A DNA stretch of 32,000 nucleotides from Prochlorococcus marinus subsp. pastoris str. CCMP1986 (lineage in GTDB: Bacteria; Cyanobacteriota; Cyanobacteriia; PCC-6307; Cyanobiaceae), in the NCBI RefSeq assembly GCF_000011465.1, contig NC_005072.1, positions 570,001 to 602,000 of the forward strand. The letters are read 5' to 3'. The notes beneath the pieces were generated by a model. That model worked only from the letters and a program-made list of their open reading frames with translations. It searched no databases and was not told where the DNA came from. Shown piece by piece: positions 11,401 through 22,536 of this stretch (positions are counted from its first letter, which is position 1; every line of letters starts with the position of its first letter). Made by a program: the position numbers and the translations under genes.

Positions 11401-12750
11401 TTAGGATTTATTTTTCTTCCAATTTTCAATATTTATTTGTTTGCTTCTAGCAATAGCTAAGGAATTATTTTTAGAATCTTCAGTAATTACTGAGCCTGCT
11501 CCAGTCGTTACTGAATCACCAAGATTAATAGGCGCTATTAGAACTGTGTTGGCTCCAATACTAGAGTTTTTACCAATGTTAGTTTGATATTTTTTGGCGC
11601 CATCAAAATTTGCTGTAATAGTTCCTGCTCCTATATTGGTATATTTACCAACTTTAGAATCGCCAATATAACTTAGATGATTAACCTTAACTTCCTGATC
11701 TAGTTGGCTATTTTTTATCTCAACAAAATTACCAATTTTGCTTTTAGAAGAAATTTCACAATTAGGTCTTATATGACTATAAGGACCAATTTTTACATGG
11801 TCCATTATTTTGGAATCAAAAATAGTTGAATTTATAATTTCGCAATTTTCATTAATGATCGCATCTTTTATGAAAGAATTTGGACCAATTCTACAATTAT
11901 TAGAAATTCTAGAATTTCCTCTTATATGAGTATTTGCTTCGATTATTACATCTAATCCTATTATTGACTCTTCACTTATTGTGCAACTCGCTGGATTAAT
12001 AAAAGTTACTCCTCCAAGCATATGTTTCCTTTTTATTAAGGTTTGAATGGTTTCTTCGCATTCTGATAATTGAACTCTATTGTTAATTCCTTGAAGTTCG
12101 CCATTATCTTCAACTTCAAAGCTATAGGAATTTTTTAGTAAGCTAATAGTGTCAGTCAGATAGATTTCTTTTTGTTTATTGTTACTTTTTAAAGTATTAA
12201 TTATCTTTGATAATCTTTTCCAACTAAAGCAGTAAATTCCTGCATTCGTCAATAAATTAGAACGTTCATCTTTGTTGCAATCTTTTTCTTCGACTATCCT
12301 TTCAATTAAATTATTTTTAGTAAATACTCTTCCATAGCCATGAGGATTTTTTTTTCTAGAAGTAATTAAGGAAACATCGGCTGTTTTTGAGTCATGAAAG
12401 TTAATAAGGTCTCTCAAAGTTTCGGCTTTGATAAGTGGAACATCTCCATTTAGAACCATCAAGTTCCCTTCATGTTTTTTTACTTCCTGAGAGAGAACTT
12501 GAATAGCATGACCTGTTCCTTTTTGCGGATTTTGAACAATAAAGTGAATGTTTTTATTTTTAAGTACTGATTCTTCAACCTCCTTTGATTTGTGACCTAC
12601 GATGATAAATATTTTATCTGGTTTTAACTCATTACAAGAATTGATAACTCTTTGAAGGAGAGTTTTACCCGATAATTTATGTAAGACTTTAGGCAGTAAG
12701 CTCGTCATCCTAGTACCTTTACCTGCAGCTAATATCGCAACAGTTAACAT
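11401..12750 (-). CDS. glmU: Bifunctional GlcNAc-1-P uridyltransferase / GlcN-1-P acetyltransferase
   Basis: N-terminal LAAGKGTRM nucleotidyltransferase motif and a long C-terminal left-handed beta-helix hexapeptide region; 449 aa. Confidence 0.92.
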
Positions 12751-12790
12751 ATTTATTTAGATATTTTATTTAAATTTTACTGTTTATCTT

Positions 12791-13723
12791 CTATTTCGTC
12801 ATTCCCCATTTATCTCTCCATTTTTTTGATGTCTTGAGATTAGATAAAAATTGTTCTTGGACTCTTTTTTTAATAATATCTTTTGGATTTGAATTTAAAG
12901 TAGGATCACGATAAGGGATACTTGCTTTAGTCAATAAATGTTCCTCTTCCATCCAAGATAACTTTTTTAAATATAAATTATTTTGTAAAACTTTTTCGTC
13001 AATATTTTTTACAGCAATTGTCCCGTAACTCCATAAATTTTTAGAGACTAAATTTGGCTTATTATTAAAAATATTCAAACCAAAATCTTTTAATGTGCTT
13101 CTTATCGCAGCTGAACAAGAGTAGGTTATTAAATATCCTTGAGGATTAAGTTTTTGAGTCACTTTTGATAGAAATTCAACTGACCAAACTTGAGGACATT
13201 TTTGAGGGGAAAACCCATCTAAGTAAATTAAATCGAATTTAATATTTGCAGGAATATTTTTTATTTTTTCTCTGGCATCGCCCCATAAAATATCACAGTC
13301 AAAAAATTGATCTTTATATTTAGAATTCTTTAATAATGCTTTTAATATTTTAAAAACTTTTGGATGCCATAACTTTTGAAATGATTTATTTCCTAGAGAA
13401 TATTCTAGAGGCTTTTTATCAATTTCTAAAGCATACCAATTTATCAATGAATTTTGTCTAATTACGTTATTAAATAATGAAGCTGAATTGTATCCTAGAC
13501 CGAAGCAGATATCTAAGACGTTCAGAGACTTATCTTTGAATCTTTTTAAATCAGAGGGATATATGAACTTAATTTCAGTTTCTTTTAGAGCCCCTTCAAG
13601 ACTATGAAAATTCTCTTGAAAAATAAGACTCCTTAGTGTAATACTCCCATCTTTAGTTAAAACCTCTTTTAATTCTGACAAGAATTCTCGGATCAATTGA
13701 TTAGTTTTTCTAGATCGTCCCAA
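12791..13723 (-). CDS. MnmC-like SAM-dependent methyltransferase domain protein (DUF752)
   Basis: [12 protein letters not shown] and [18 protein letters not shown]...[14 protein letters not shown] match the MnmC methyltransferase domain. The longest ORF starts at TTG 13723. An in-frame TTG at 13696 would give a TTGA overlap with the aroA stop. Confidence 0.7.
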   Translation of the reverse strand: MGRSRKTNQLIREFLSELKEVLTKDGSITLRSLIFQENFHSLEGALKETEIKFIYPSDLKRFKDKSLNVLDICFGLGYNSASLFNNVIRQNSLINWYALEIDKKPLEYSLGNKSFQKLWHPKVFKILKALLKNSKYKDQFFDCDILWGDAREKIKNIPANIKFDLIYLDGFSPQKCPQVWSVEFLSKVTQKLNPQGYLITYSCSAAIRSTLKDFGLNIFNNKPNLVSKNLWSYGTIAVKNIDEKVLQNNLYLKKLSWMEEEHLLTKASIPYRDPTLNSNPKDIIKKRVQEQFLSNLKTSKKWRDKWGMTK

Positions 13724-15009
13724 AAAGTTGGATACGAAACTCTAGAAGCCTCTGCTCTTGCAATCTTTGAGGAGCCCTTAGCTAAAAGTGATGCTATAGC
13801 AAGGCTCATTGATACACGATGATCAGTTTCACTATCAACTTCAGCAGAATGAAACTTAGACTCACCATTAATTATTAAACCATCTTCCTTTTCTAAAATA
13901 TTTGCACCAAATTTTTTAAGTTGGGTTGCCATTACTTTTAATCGGTCTGTTTCTTTAACTCTTAACTCTTTTGCATCTTTAATTTCTGAAACTCCACTAC
14001 AAAAACAAGCTGCTACTGCAAGTATTGGAATTTCATCTATAAGTTTTGGAAGAATATCTCCTTCTACTTTAAAAGGTTTTAAATTACTTACATATTTTAT
14101 ATTTATAGAACCTATGGGTTCTCCTGCAATTGTAGATTTATCTAAAATTTCATAGTTGCATCCCATTTCATTCATTACATTCAATATCCCTGTTCTCGTT
14201 GGATTTAGGCCTACATTTTTAATGATAATTTCAGATTCTGGCACTATAGATGCGGCAATCATCCAAAAAGCTGCCGAGCTAATGTCTCCTGGAATTAATA
14301 TATTTTGACCTGTCAAATTAGTTCCTGATTTTATTACTATATTTCTTCCTAATTCTCCTCTTATGTTTATGTCTGCCCCAAATGCTTTAAGCATTCGTTC
14401 AGTATGATCTCTCGAGGATGCAGGCTCAATAACTGAGGTAGTTCCAGATGCATTTAACCCTGCTAATAATATTGCAGATTTAACTTGAGCACTTGCTACT
14501 GGAGTTCCAATTACACAACCCTTTAGTTTATTACCAGTAATAGAAATAGGAGCTTTTGTCCCATTTTTTCTACCGTGAATTATGCCCCCCATAAGTGATA
14601 ATGGCTTGCTAACTCTTCCCATCGGTCTTTCATTAAGAGATTTGTCTCCAGTTAAGATAAAATTTCGCCCTTCTTGTCCCGCTAAAAGACCCATTAATAA
14701 CCTCATTGTGGTTCCTGAATTTCCGCAATCAAGAATTTCTTCAGGTTCTTTAAAATCATCTATACCTAAACCTTTGATAGTAAAAGGTTGATTTTTTTTT
14801 ATTTCAGGAATATTTACACCCAATTTCCTAAGACAATCAGCAGTTGAAAGTGGGTCATCAGAATATAAAAAACCTTTAATATTTGTTTCACCTTCTGCAA
14901 TACTTCCTATTATCAAAGATCTATGCGATATTGACTTATCTCCAGGTACGTTTAGTATCCCTTGTAAACTTCCTCCACCTTTAACAGTGCGTATATGATT
15001 AGTATTCAA
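13693..15009 (-). CDS. aroA: 3-phosphoshikimate 1-carboxyvinyltransferase (EPSP synthase)
   Basis: 438 aa with [34 protein letters not shown] and LKVKETDRL motifs. Confidence 0.93.
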   Translation of the reverse strand: MNTNHIRTVKGGGSLQGILNVPGDKSISHRSLIIGSIAEGETNIKGFLYSDDPLSTADCLRKLGVNIPEIKKNQPFTIKGLGIDDFKEPEEILDCGNSGTTMRLLMGLLAGQEGRNFILTGDKSLNERPMGRVSKPLSLMGGIIHGRKNGTKAPISITGNKLKGCVIGTPVASAQVKSAILLAGLNASGTTSVIEPASSRDHTERMLKAFGADINIRGELGRNIVIKSGTNLTGQNILIPGDISSAAFWMIAASIVPESEIIIKNVGLNPTRTGILNVMNEMGCNYEILDKSTIAGEPIGSINIKYVSNLKPFKVEGDILPKLIDEIPILAVAACFCSGVSEIKDAKELRVKETDRLKVMATQLKKFGANILEKEDGLIINGESKFHSAEVDSETDHRVSMSLAIASLLAKGSSKIARAEASRVSYPTFWDDLEKLIN

Positions 15010-15116
15010 ATTAAAAAAGTGGTTTAATTTTTACAGATTTTTTCATAAGTTCATAATATCAATAAGTTTGTTTTTTAAAAAAAATATTAAAAGTTAAGTA
15101 ACTGTTTTCTATAATA

Positions 15117-15866
15117 ATTGAAGAATGGCAACTTATTATTAATCTTTCTTATTACCATGTCGCAGATGATGTTCCAGAAACAGAGTCTGATATTGCTGTT
15201 GTTATTGATGTTTTAAGAGCAACAACAACAATTTCTTGGGCATTGAAAAACGGGGCAGATTCAATTCAAGTTTTTTCTGATTTAGAGTTACTAAAAAAAA
15301 CCGCTAAAAAGTGGGATGGTAATAAAAGACTAATGCTTGCAGAAAGAGGTGGGAAAACGATTGATGGTTTTGATTTAGGTAACTCACCATTATCTGTAAC
15401 GAAAGAGACAGTTCAAGGTAAAAGACTATTTATGAGTACAACGAATGGTACTAAATCACTAAAAAAAGTACAAAATGTAGAAAATTTGTTTGCAATGTCT
15501 CTTCCAAATAGAAAAGCAGTAGCTGAAAGGATAATATCCTTAAATAAGAAAAACGTTCTTATTTTAGGAAGTGGATGGGAAGGGTCTTATTCACTAGAGG
15601 ATTCATTAGCCGCAGGTGCACTCGCCATATATATAAAAGAAAACTTTAACTCTGAAGTGAATATTTTGAATGATGAATTGCAAGCTTCATTAGCACTTTG
15701 GAATGTTTGGAAGAATGATATTCTAAAATGTTTAAAGACAGCAACTCACGGAAAAAGATTGACAAGTCTCGGTGATTATGAAGATGATTTTAAGTGTTGT
15801 TCTGAACTTGATTGTTTAGATATTGTTCCTACTCAAGTTGAGAGAGGTGTAATTCGTGCCTCATAA
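15117..15866 (+). CDS. comB: 2-phosphosulfolactate phosphatase family protein (ComB-like); start codon uncertain
   Basis: The family signature VIDVLRATTTISWAL lies upstream of the first canonical start (TTG 15243) but in the same open frame, which runs from the stop at 15099-15101. The only candidate starts there are CTG 15102, ATA 15111/15114 and ATT 15117. Confidence 0.7.
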   Translation: MEEWQLIINLSYYHVADDVPETESDIAVVIDVLRATTTISWALKNGADSIQVFSDLELLKKTAKKWDGNKRLMLAERGGKTIDGFDLGNSPLSVTKETVQGKRLFMSTTNGTKSLKKVQNVENLFAMSLPNRKAVAERIISLNKKNVLILGSGWEGSYSLEDSLAAGALAIYIKENFNSEVNILNDELQASLALWNVWKNDILKCLKTATHGKRLTSLGDYEDDFKCCSELDCLDIVPTQVERGVIRAS

Positions 15867-15896
15867 TTCGCGGATTTATTTTCTAGGAGTGAAATC

Positions 15897-16724
15897 TTGA
15901 CTGATTTTTTAGTGGCCGCTTTACAAATTACAAGTACTTCTAATGTTGAAGCGAATTTTGCTGAGGCTGAGGAACAGATTGAATTAGCCTCTAGGAGGGG
16001 TTCAGAACTGATAGGTTTGCCAGAGAATTTTGCATTCTTGGGTGAAGATAATGAAAAACTTAGAATGGCTTCTGAATTATCAATAAAGTGTACCAACTTC
16101 CTAAAAACGATGTCTCAGAGATATCAAGTTTTTCTCTTAGGAGGAGGTTATCCCGTCCCCGCTGGAGATAATCGTCATACTTTCAATAGATCAGCTCTTT
16201 TTGGCAAAGATGGACAGGTTTTAGCAAAATATGACAAAATCCATCTTTTTGATGTTGATTTACCTGATGGTAATTTATACAAAGAATCATCAACTATTTT
16301 GTCTGGGGAGGAACATCCTCCAGTTATTGATGTTCCAGGCCTTTGTAAAATAGGATTATCTATTTGTTACGATGTTAGATTCCCTGAACTTTATAGACAC
16401 CTTTCCTCGAAAGGTGCTGAACTTATAATGATTCCTGCAGCATTTACAGCTTTTACTGGAAAAGACCATTGGCAAATTTTACTTCAAGCAAGAGCGATTG
16501 AAAATACAGCTTATGTAGTAGCCCCTGCTCAAACAGGTATTCACTATGGGAGAAGACAAAGTCATGGACATGCAATGGTTATAGACCCTTGGGGAACTGT
16601 TTTGTCTGATGCAGGAAAAACACAAGGAGCAGCAATAGCCCCTGCAGATAAAGAGAGGGTCCAAAAGATAAGAGAGCAGATGCCAAGTTTAAAACATAGA
16701 AAAACTAAGATGTTTGCAAAATAA
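15897..16724 (+). CDS. Carbon-nitrogen hydrolase (nitrilase superfamily, Nit/omega-amidase-like)
   Basis: Glu-Lys-Cys triad contexts LPENF, YDKIHLFD and GLSICYDVRFPE. It has a TTG start and no nearby in-frame ATG. Confidence 0.85.
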   Translation: MTDFLVAALQITSTSNVEANFAEAEEQIELASRRGSELIGLPENFAFLGEDNEKLRMASELSIKCTNFLKTMSQRYQVFLLGGGYPVPAGDNRHTFNRSALFGKDGQVLAKYDKIHLFDVDLPDGNLYKESSTILSGEEHPPVIDVPGLCKIGLSICYDVRFPELYRHLSSKGAELIMIPAAFTAFTGKDHWQILLQARAIENTAYVVAPAQTGIHYGRRQSHGHAMVIDPWGTVLSDAGKTQGAAIAPADKERVQKIREQMPSLKHRKTKMFAK

Positions 16725-17812
16725 TGCCAAAGTTTTTTTTTAATAAACTTTTTAGCTGCTTATCATTATTCTTACTTTTAAATTCAAGTATTTTCCCAAC
16801 AAAAGCATCTAGTGCACTAGCTGCTTGGATTTTAAATTCAAATGGGGTTTTAGAATTAAGAACTAAATCAAATTCAAAATTAAAGGCCTACTTTCAAAAA
16901 GGAGGAAGTGTTTTTGGGGATAGATTTTGGATAGATTTTCCTGGGGAACTAAAAACTCCAAGAACAATAGAGGGAAATGGTCTTATAAAAGAAATTAGAT
17001 TAGGTAAACCAAATAAAGGTAAAACCAGATTAGTCTTCGAATTTACGGAAAATAATAATTTGAAACCGCTTAATTGGAGGTTAGTTGCAATTGATAAAAA
17101 TAGATGGAAAATTAAATTATTTTCTTTACCTAAAAATTCTTTCCAGACAATAGGTGAAGGTCTTGTCAGTAAATCATATAACAATCCCAAGGCTAATCAA
17201 AAGCCAATTAACTCAAGGAGAGGAAATTATAAGTTTATACAATTACCGGATATCAAGCGTAATAAGTTTTATGTTGTGATTGACCCTGGTCATGGGGGTC
17301 CAGATCTAGGAGCAATCGGGATAGGAGGGCTAAGAGAAGCAGATGTGGTACTTGATGTTTCTAAACGAGTAAAAAAATTATTATCTGATAAAGGGGTGAC
17401 GGTTAGATTAACTAGAAATAACGAAATTGATTTAGATTTACCTCCAAGAGTCTCAATAGCTAACCGAACTGATGCTGATATTTTTGTAAGTATTCATGCG
17501 AATGCTTCAAGAGGTAAAAGAAGAGATATTAACGGGTTAGAAACTTTTTATTACACCGGATGGAGAGGACGACTATTGGCAAAAAAAATTCAAAAACAAA
17601 TACTTAAAGTTTCTCCTGGAAGTCCAGATAGAGGCGTGAGACAAGGTAGATATTTCGTTATTAAAAATACCAGAATGCCAGCTGTACTTGTAGAAATAGG
17701 TTTTTTAACAGGAAGGTTAGATGCTAGAAGGCTAGAAAAATCTATCCATCGTGAAAGAATAGCTTATGCAATCACAAAGGGTATTCTTGAATACCTTTCT
17801 AGGACAGAGTGA
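16724..17812 (+). CDS. amiC: N-acetylmuramoyl-L-alanine amidase with N-terminal AMIN-like domain
   Basis: Signal peptide, then VVIDPGHGGPDLGAIG, FVSIHANA and LVEIGFLT (Amidase_3 motifs). The ATG overlaps the upstream TAA (TAATG). Confidence 0.88.
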   Translation: MPKFFFNKLFSCLSLFLLLNSSIFPTKASSALAAWILNSNGVLELRTKSNSKLKAYFQKGGSVFGDRFWIDFPGELKTPRTIEGNGLIKEIRLGKPNKGKTRLVFEFTENNNLKPLNWRLVAIDKNRWKIKLFSLPKNSFQTIGEGLVSKSYNNPKANQKPINSRRGNYKFIQLPDIKRNKFYVVIDPGHGGPDLGAIGIGGLREADVVLDVSKRVKKLLSDKGVTVRLTRNNEIDLDLPPRVSIANRTDADIFVSIHANASRGKRRDINGLETFYYTGWRGRLLAKKIQKQILKVSPGSPDRGVRQGRYFVIKNTRMPAVLVEIGFLTGRLDARRLEKSIHRERIAYAITKGILEYLSRTE

Positions 17813-18603
17813 AACTTAAAATAGGAATATTTGATAGTGGTATAGGGGGATTTACGATTCTTAGTGCCTTAATGAAAACCCGTGAGGATATTGAGGTTTT
17901 TTATTTGGCAGATACAAAGAGAGTTCCTTATGGAAATAAAAATATTGAACAAATAAGATTTATCGCAAAGGATATTTGTAATTGGTTTAAAGATAAAAAT
18001 TTGGATGTATTACTAATAGCCTGTAATACTACAAATGCTTGTGCCTTAGATATTTTAGAAAATAACTTACAAATTCCTTGTTTTGATCTAATTAATTCAG
18101 TTTCAGAAATAGTAACTAAAAAATATATTGGTGTTTTGGCAACTCCTGCAACTATTAAAACATCATATTATAAAAAAATAATTGAATCAAAGAGAGAAAA
18201 TGTACAAGTATTCCAACAAGCATGTCCTGAATTTGTTCCAGAAATAGAAAAAACAAACCTAGACTTAAATAAATTAAATTATCTATCGGATTTATATATT
18301 AATCCTCTATTAAAAGAAAATATTGAAGAAATAATACTGGGATGTAGTCATTATCCTTTGATTTATAACGTTTTAAAAAGTAAAGTGCATTCAAATATAA
18401 GGATTATTGATCCCTCAGCGGCTTTAGTAAATAACTTTAATAATTCATTTTTAATTCCAAAAAATTATAGTTATGAGAGTACTTCCAGCGATAATATTAA
18501 ATTTTTTGTCACCCAAAATAGTGAAGATTTTTCTAAAAAAGTAAAATATTGGTTGGAAATTAATAAAGAAATTAAGTTGGTTAACCTCCGAAGCAATGAT
18601 TGA
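17809..18603 (+). CDS. murI: Glutamate racemase
   Basis: IGIFDSGIGGFT, LIACNTTNA and ILGCSHYP (the two catalytic Cys contexts). The GTG start overlaps the amidase TGA (GTGA). Confidence 0.9.
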   Translation: MKLKIGIFDSGIGGFTILSALMKTREDIEVFYLADTKRVPYGNKNIEQIRFIAKDICNWFKDKNLDVLLIACNTTNACALDILENNLQIPCFDLINSVSEIVTKKYIGVLATPATIKTSYYKKIIESKRENVQVFQQACPEFVPEIEKTNLDLNKLNYLSDLYINPLLKENIEEIILGCSHYPLIYNVLKSKVHSNIRIIDPSAALVNNFNNSFLIPKNYSYESTSSDNIKFFVTQNSEDFSKKVKYWLEINKEIKLVNLRSND

Positions 18604-18617
18604 TTCTTTAATATATG

Positions 18618-18624
18618 TAGGAGG
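18618..18624 (+). promoter_or_regulatory. Shine-Dalgarno-like ribosome binding site (TAGGAGG) for the polyprenyl synthase gene
   Basis: TAGGAGG lies 6 nt upstream of the ATG at 18631. I did not see an equally clear SD elsewhere in the window. Confidence 0.5.
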
Positions 18625-18630
18625 CCAATT

Positions 18631-19602
18631 ATGAATACAGTAACAGAACTTCTACAACCAGTTGAAAATGATCTTGATGATCTTATTAATGAACTGAAAA
18701 ATTTAATAGGTGCTGGTCATCCAATTCTTCAAGCAGCCGCTGAACACTTATTTAGTGCCGGAGGAAAAAGGTTAAGACCTGGGATAGTTTTATTGATTTC
18801 AAAAGCTATTTCTCAGGACTTTACTTTGACAACCAAACATAAAAGACTTGCAGAGATTACTGAAATGATTCATACAGCATCATTAGTTCATGACGATGTT
18901 GTAGATGAAGCATCCACAAGAAGAGGTGTTGATACTGTTCATAGCAGGTTTAATACGAGAGTTGCTGTACTAGCTGGGGATTTTTTATTTGCTCAAGCTA
19001 GTTGGCATTTGGCAAACTTAGATAATGTAAAAGTAGTTAAACTTCTTAGTAGGGTAATAATGGATTTAGCAGAAGGTGAAATAAAGCAAAATCTAAATAG
19101 ATTCGATTCGGCACAAACTTTTTCTAAATATATAAATAAAAGCTATTGTAAAACAGCTTCTCTGATTGCAAATAGTACAAAGGCAGCTGGAGTTCTATGT
19201 AATTTAGAAGATGACAAATTGAATCACTTATACGAATTTGGAAAGAATATCGGATTGGCTTTTCAGGTTGTCGATGATATCCTTGATTTCACTGGTAACG
19301 ATAAACAATTAGGTAAACCAGCTGTAAGCGATCTCGCAAGTGGTTATCTAACTGCTCCTGTTTTATATGCTCTAGAAGAAAATGAAAATTTGTCTGTTCT
19401 GATAAATAGAGAACTTGTAGAAAAGGAAGATTTGAATAATGCTTTGAATATTGTTATGAACTCGCAAGCAATAAAACGTTCTAGAAAATTAGCTGAAGAT
19501 TTTGCTCTCCACTCAAAAGAAGCATTGTTATGGCTTCCTGACTCAGAATATAAGAGGGCTTTGTTATCTTTACCCGAATTTGTGCTCAGTCGTCTTTACT
19601 AG
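18631..19602 (+). CDS. sdsA: All-trans polyprenyl (solanesyl) diphosphate synthase
   Basis: Two Asp-rich motifs, LVHDDVVDE and QVVDDILD; 323 aa; GKRLRP near the N-terminus. Chain length (C45, plastoquinone) is inferred from the cyanobacterial context. Confidence 0.85.
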   Translation: MNTVTELLQPVENDLDDLINELKNLIGAGHPILQAAAEHLFSAGGKRLRPGIVLLISKAISQDFTLTTKHKRLAEITEMIHTASLVHDDVVDEASTRRGVDTVHSRFNTRVAVLAGDFLFAQASWHLANLDNVKVVKLLSRVIMDLAEGEIKQNLNRFDSAQTFSKYINKSYCKTASLIANSTKAAGVLCNLEDDKLNHLYEFGKNIGLAFQVVDDILDFTGNDKQLGKPAVSDLASGYLTAPVLYALEENENLSVLINRELVEKEDLNNALNIVMNSQAIKRSRKLAEDFALHSKEALLWLPDSEYKRALLSLPEFVLSRLY

Positions 19603-19699
19603 ATTTATCAAAAAATAAATTTTTGTAGTTAAAAATACATTATGATTTTTTGAAAATTATAATTAACTTGAATAAATAAATTTTGACTAGATTCATCTA

Positions 19700-21682
19700 A
19701 TGACATTAGATAAGAAACATTCAATCAACAATATTCTTGAAGAAAATAGACTCTTCCCCCCTTCAAAAGAATTCTCAGATAAATCAAATATAAAAAGTTT
19801 TGAGGAATTACAAAGTTTAAAAAAACAATCTTTAGAGAACCCAACAAAATTCTGGGAATCTTTTGCAAATTCGGAAATTGATTGGTTCGAACCATTTCAG
19901 ACTGTTTTAGACCGAGAAAATGCGCCCTTTTTTAAATGGTTTAAGGAAGGTAAGTTGAATATCACTTATAACTGCTTAGATAGACATATCAAAAACGGAA
20001 TTGGGAATAAAACAGCGCTTGTATGGGAAGGCGAGCCAGGAGATAACAAGAAATATACGTATCAAGAACTTCTCAAAGAAGTATGCAAAGCTTCAAATGC
20101 TTTGAAATCTTTGGGAATAAAAAAGGGTGATTTGGTCTGTATTTATATGCCAATGATTCCTGAGGCGATGGTTGCCATGCTCGCTTGCGCGAGAATTGGA
20201 GCTCCTCATTCCGTAGTTTTTGGAGGCTTCTCCTCTGAGTCGTTAAAAGATAGGTTAATTGATGGAAATGCCAGATTTGTTATAACGGCAGATGGTGGTT
20301 TTAGAAAAGATAAGGTAATTGAGCTTAAGAAAGCTGTTGATGCGGCAATTGAAAGTGGGGCAAATAAGATTGTTGAAAAAGTTATTGTTGTTCAAAGAAC
20401 TAAAAAAGATATCTCGATGGTAAACAATAGGGATTTTTGGTGGCACGAATTATTAAAAGATCAAAAAGATTGGTGTGAACCTGAAATTATGAATAGCGAA
20501 GATAGATTGTTTGTCTTATATACTTCAGGATCCACTGGTAAACCAAAGGGTGTTGTTCATACAACTGCTGGTTATAATCTCTGGTCTCACCTTACATTCA
20601 AGTGGATTTTTGATATAAAAGATGATGATGTCTATTGGTGTACAGCAGATGTTGGGTGGATTACTGGACATAGTTATATAGTATATGGACCTTTATCCAA
20701 TGGAGCAACAACTCTTATGTTTGAAGGTGTTCCAAGGGCATCTAACTTAGGGGCTTTTTGGGAAATTATTCAAAAATACAAAGTTACTATTTTCTATACA
20801 GCGCCAACAGCGATAAGATCATTTATGAAATCTGGACGTGAAATCCCTGACCAATACGATTTAAGATCTTTGAGACTTTTGGGGACAGTTGGCGAGCCAA
20901 TTAATCCTGAAGCATGGATGTGGTATCGAGAGGTAATAGGTGATAATAAGTGTCCAATAGTAGATACATGGTGGCAAACTGAAACTGGTGGTGTGATGAT
21001 AAGCCCGTTACCAGGAGCCGTTGCTACAAAGCCAGGTTCCGCAACATTCTCTTTGCCTGGAATCGAGGTTGAAGTTGTAGATAAAAATGGAGAAAAGGTG
21101 GTGGAAAATGAGGGTGGATATTTGGTTGTTAAAAAACCTTGGCCTGGAATGATGCGTACAATTCATGAAAACTCTCAAAGATATTTAGAAAGTTATTGGG
21201 AATATATTTCTTTTAAAGGTGAAAAAAATGTTTATTTCGCTGGTGATGGGGCTCGGATTGATAATGATGGATATATTTGGATTATGGGAAGAGTTGATGA
21301 TGTTATAAGTGTTTCCGGGCATCGTTTGGGAACTATGGAGATAGAGTCCGCATTAGTAAGTCATAAATCAGTTGCGGAAGCTGCTGTTGTCGGAAGAAAA
21401 GATGATTTAAAAGGTGAGGCTATTGTTGCATTTGTATCTTTAGAAAAAGATATAAATAGTTTTCCAGAAATAGTTGAGGAGTTAAAGAAACATGTAGTTA
21501 ATGAAATTGGAATTATTGCTAAACCAGAAAAAATAATAATTTCAGATTCTCTTCCAAAAACGCGTAGTGGAAAAATAATGAGAAGAATTTTGAGATCCTT
21601 GGCAGAAGGCGAAAAAATAAGTGGAGATATTAGTACTCTTGAAGATAGTTCTGTTTTAGAAAAATTAAAGGAAATATCTTAA
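19700..21682 (+). CDS. acs: Acetyl-CoA synthetase
   Basis: 660 aa with AMP-binding [45 protein letters not shown] and [11 protein letters not shown]. Confidence 0.93.
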   Translation: MTLDKKHSINNILEENRLFPPSKEFSDKSNIKSFEELQSLKKQSLENPTKFWESFANSEIDWFEPFQTVLDRENAPFFKWFKEGKLNITYNCLDRHIKNGIGNKTALVWEGEPGDNKKYTYQELLKEVCKASNALKSLGIKKGDLVCIYMPMIPEAMVAMLACARIGAPHSVVFGGFSSESLKDRLIDGNARFVITADGGFRKDKVIELKKAVDAAIESGANKIVEKVIVVQRTKKDISMVNNRDFWWHELLKDQKDWCEPEIMNSEDRLFVLYTSGSTGKPKGVVHTTAGYNLWSHLTFKWIFDIKDDDVYWCTADVGWITGHSYIVYGPLSNGATTLMFEGVPRASNLGAFWEIIQKYKVTIFYTAPTAIRSFMKSGREIPDQYDLRSLRLLGTVGEPINPEAWMWYREVIGDNKCPIVDTWWQTETGGVMISPLPGAVATKPGSATFSLPGIEVEVVDKNGEKVVENEGGYLVVKKPWPGMMRTIHENSQRYLESYWEYISFKGEKNVYFAGDGARIDNDGYIWIMGRVDDVISVSGHRLGTMEIESALVSHKSVAEAAVVGRKDDLKGEAIVAFVSLEKDINSFPEIVEELKKHVVNEIGIIAKPEKIIISDSLPKTRSGKIMRRILRSLAEGEKISGDISTLEDSSVLEKLKEIS

Positions 21683-22401
21683 ATTGATTTATCAATCAAA
21701 TTAGATATTTGTTTGATTGTATTTCTTTTAAAATCATCGTCAGCCCAATCACCTAAGAAATTTTCTCTTAGTCCTGCGCTAGCAATAATAGTATGAGTTC
21801 CCTTAAGCTTTATTCCTTTGGAGTTATCTTCTTTTCTTGCTCTAAGACAAGAAAGTAATTTATCTGTTTGATCTAATTCATCTGAGTTGAATTTTATTAG
21901 AAAATTATTTTTTTGATTATAAGTTCTTTTGATTATTCCAAAAGTTCTTTCTGGGCTTGGGCTGAATTCACTATTGAATTCTAATTTTTGAGAAATCTTT
22001 TTTAAAAATGGTATAGATCTGTTAGCACTAAAGTTATTAAAACTTATTGATATAAATTTCTCGCAATTCCTACCTCCATCTGGAGAAATTAAGTGAAGTT
22101 TGCAACCAAGGCTATGTCCAATTCTTATTGAAGGAATTGATGTTCCGATTCTCTTTGATAAGGATCGTTGACAATTTTTAAAATCTTTCCAGGCTTTCAT
22201 TGCCAGTTCTTGATGGTCAAATTGAGGAGTGTATTTGTATGCATGTACTGCATAGTTTTTATCTATTAAGCTTTTTATAAATCTTTTGTAAGTTAAATCT
22301 GGTTTAGATGCTAAATAACTGCCTCCAATAAATTCTATAATTTTTTTGGGATTTGAAGGCCAATAACAGTAATTATTAAATTGATATTTTGTAAAAGTCA
22401 T
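21679..22401 (-). CDS. DUF1350 family protein (alpha/beta-hydrolase-like)
   Basis: [19 protein letters not shown]...FDH... and a GHSLG nucleophile-elbow-like motif. Family call is from memory. Confidence 0.65.
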   Translation of the reverse strand: MTFTKYQFNNYCYWPSNPKKIIEFIGGSYLASKPDLTYKRFIKSLIDKNYAVHAYKYTPQFDHQELAMKAWKDFKNCQRSLSKRIGTSIPSIRIGHSLGCKLHLISPDGGRNCEKFISISFNNFSANRSIPFLKKISQKLEFNSEFSPSPERTFGIIKRTYNQKNNFLIKFNSDELDQTDKLLSCLRARKEDNSKGIKLKGTHTIIASAGLRENFLGDWADDDFKRNTIKQISNLIDKSI

Positions 22402-22536
22402 TTAATATTCTAAATTCAAACTATTAGGTTGATTTCTAACAAGATTTAGTTTTTTTTCGTAATTTGGTTAATTATCATTAATTTAAAAGAAAATAATATC
22501 AAATGCGTCAAAATACAATAGATGCTTTTTTGATAA

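Noticed and set aside
15125-15142. The ATG at 15125 as the start of the comB-like gene.
   Set aside because: It is one base out of frame with the conserved ComB sequence and reaches TAA after 5 codons. I report it as an anomaly rather than as a start.
19658-19663. Perfect TATAAT hexamers upstream of acs (19658-19663) and upstream of comB (15110-15115), considered as promoters.
   Set aside because: No acceptable -35 element lies 16-18 nt upstream, and TATAAT-like strings occur frequently by chance here. I do not annotate them without TSS data.
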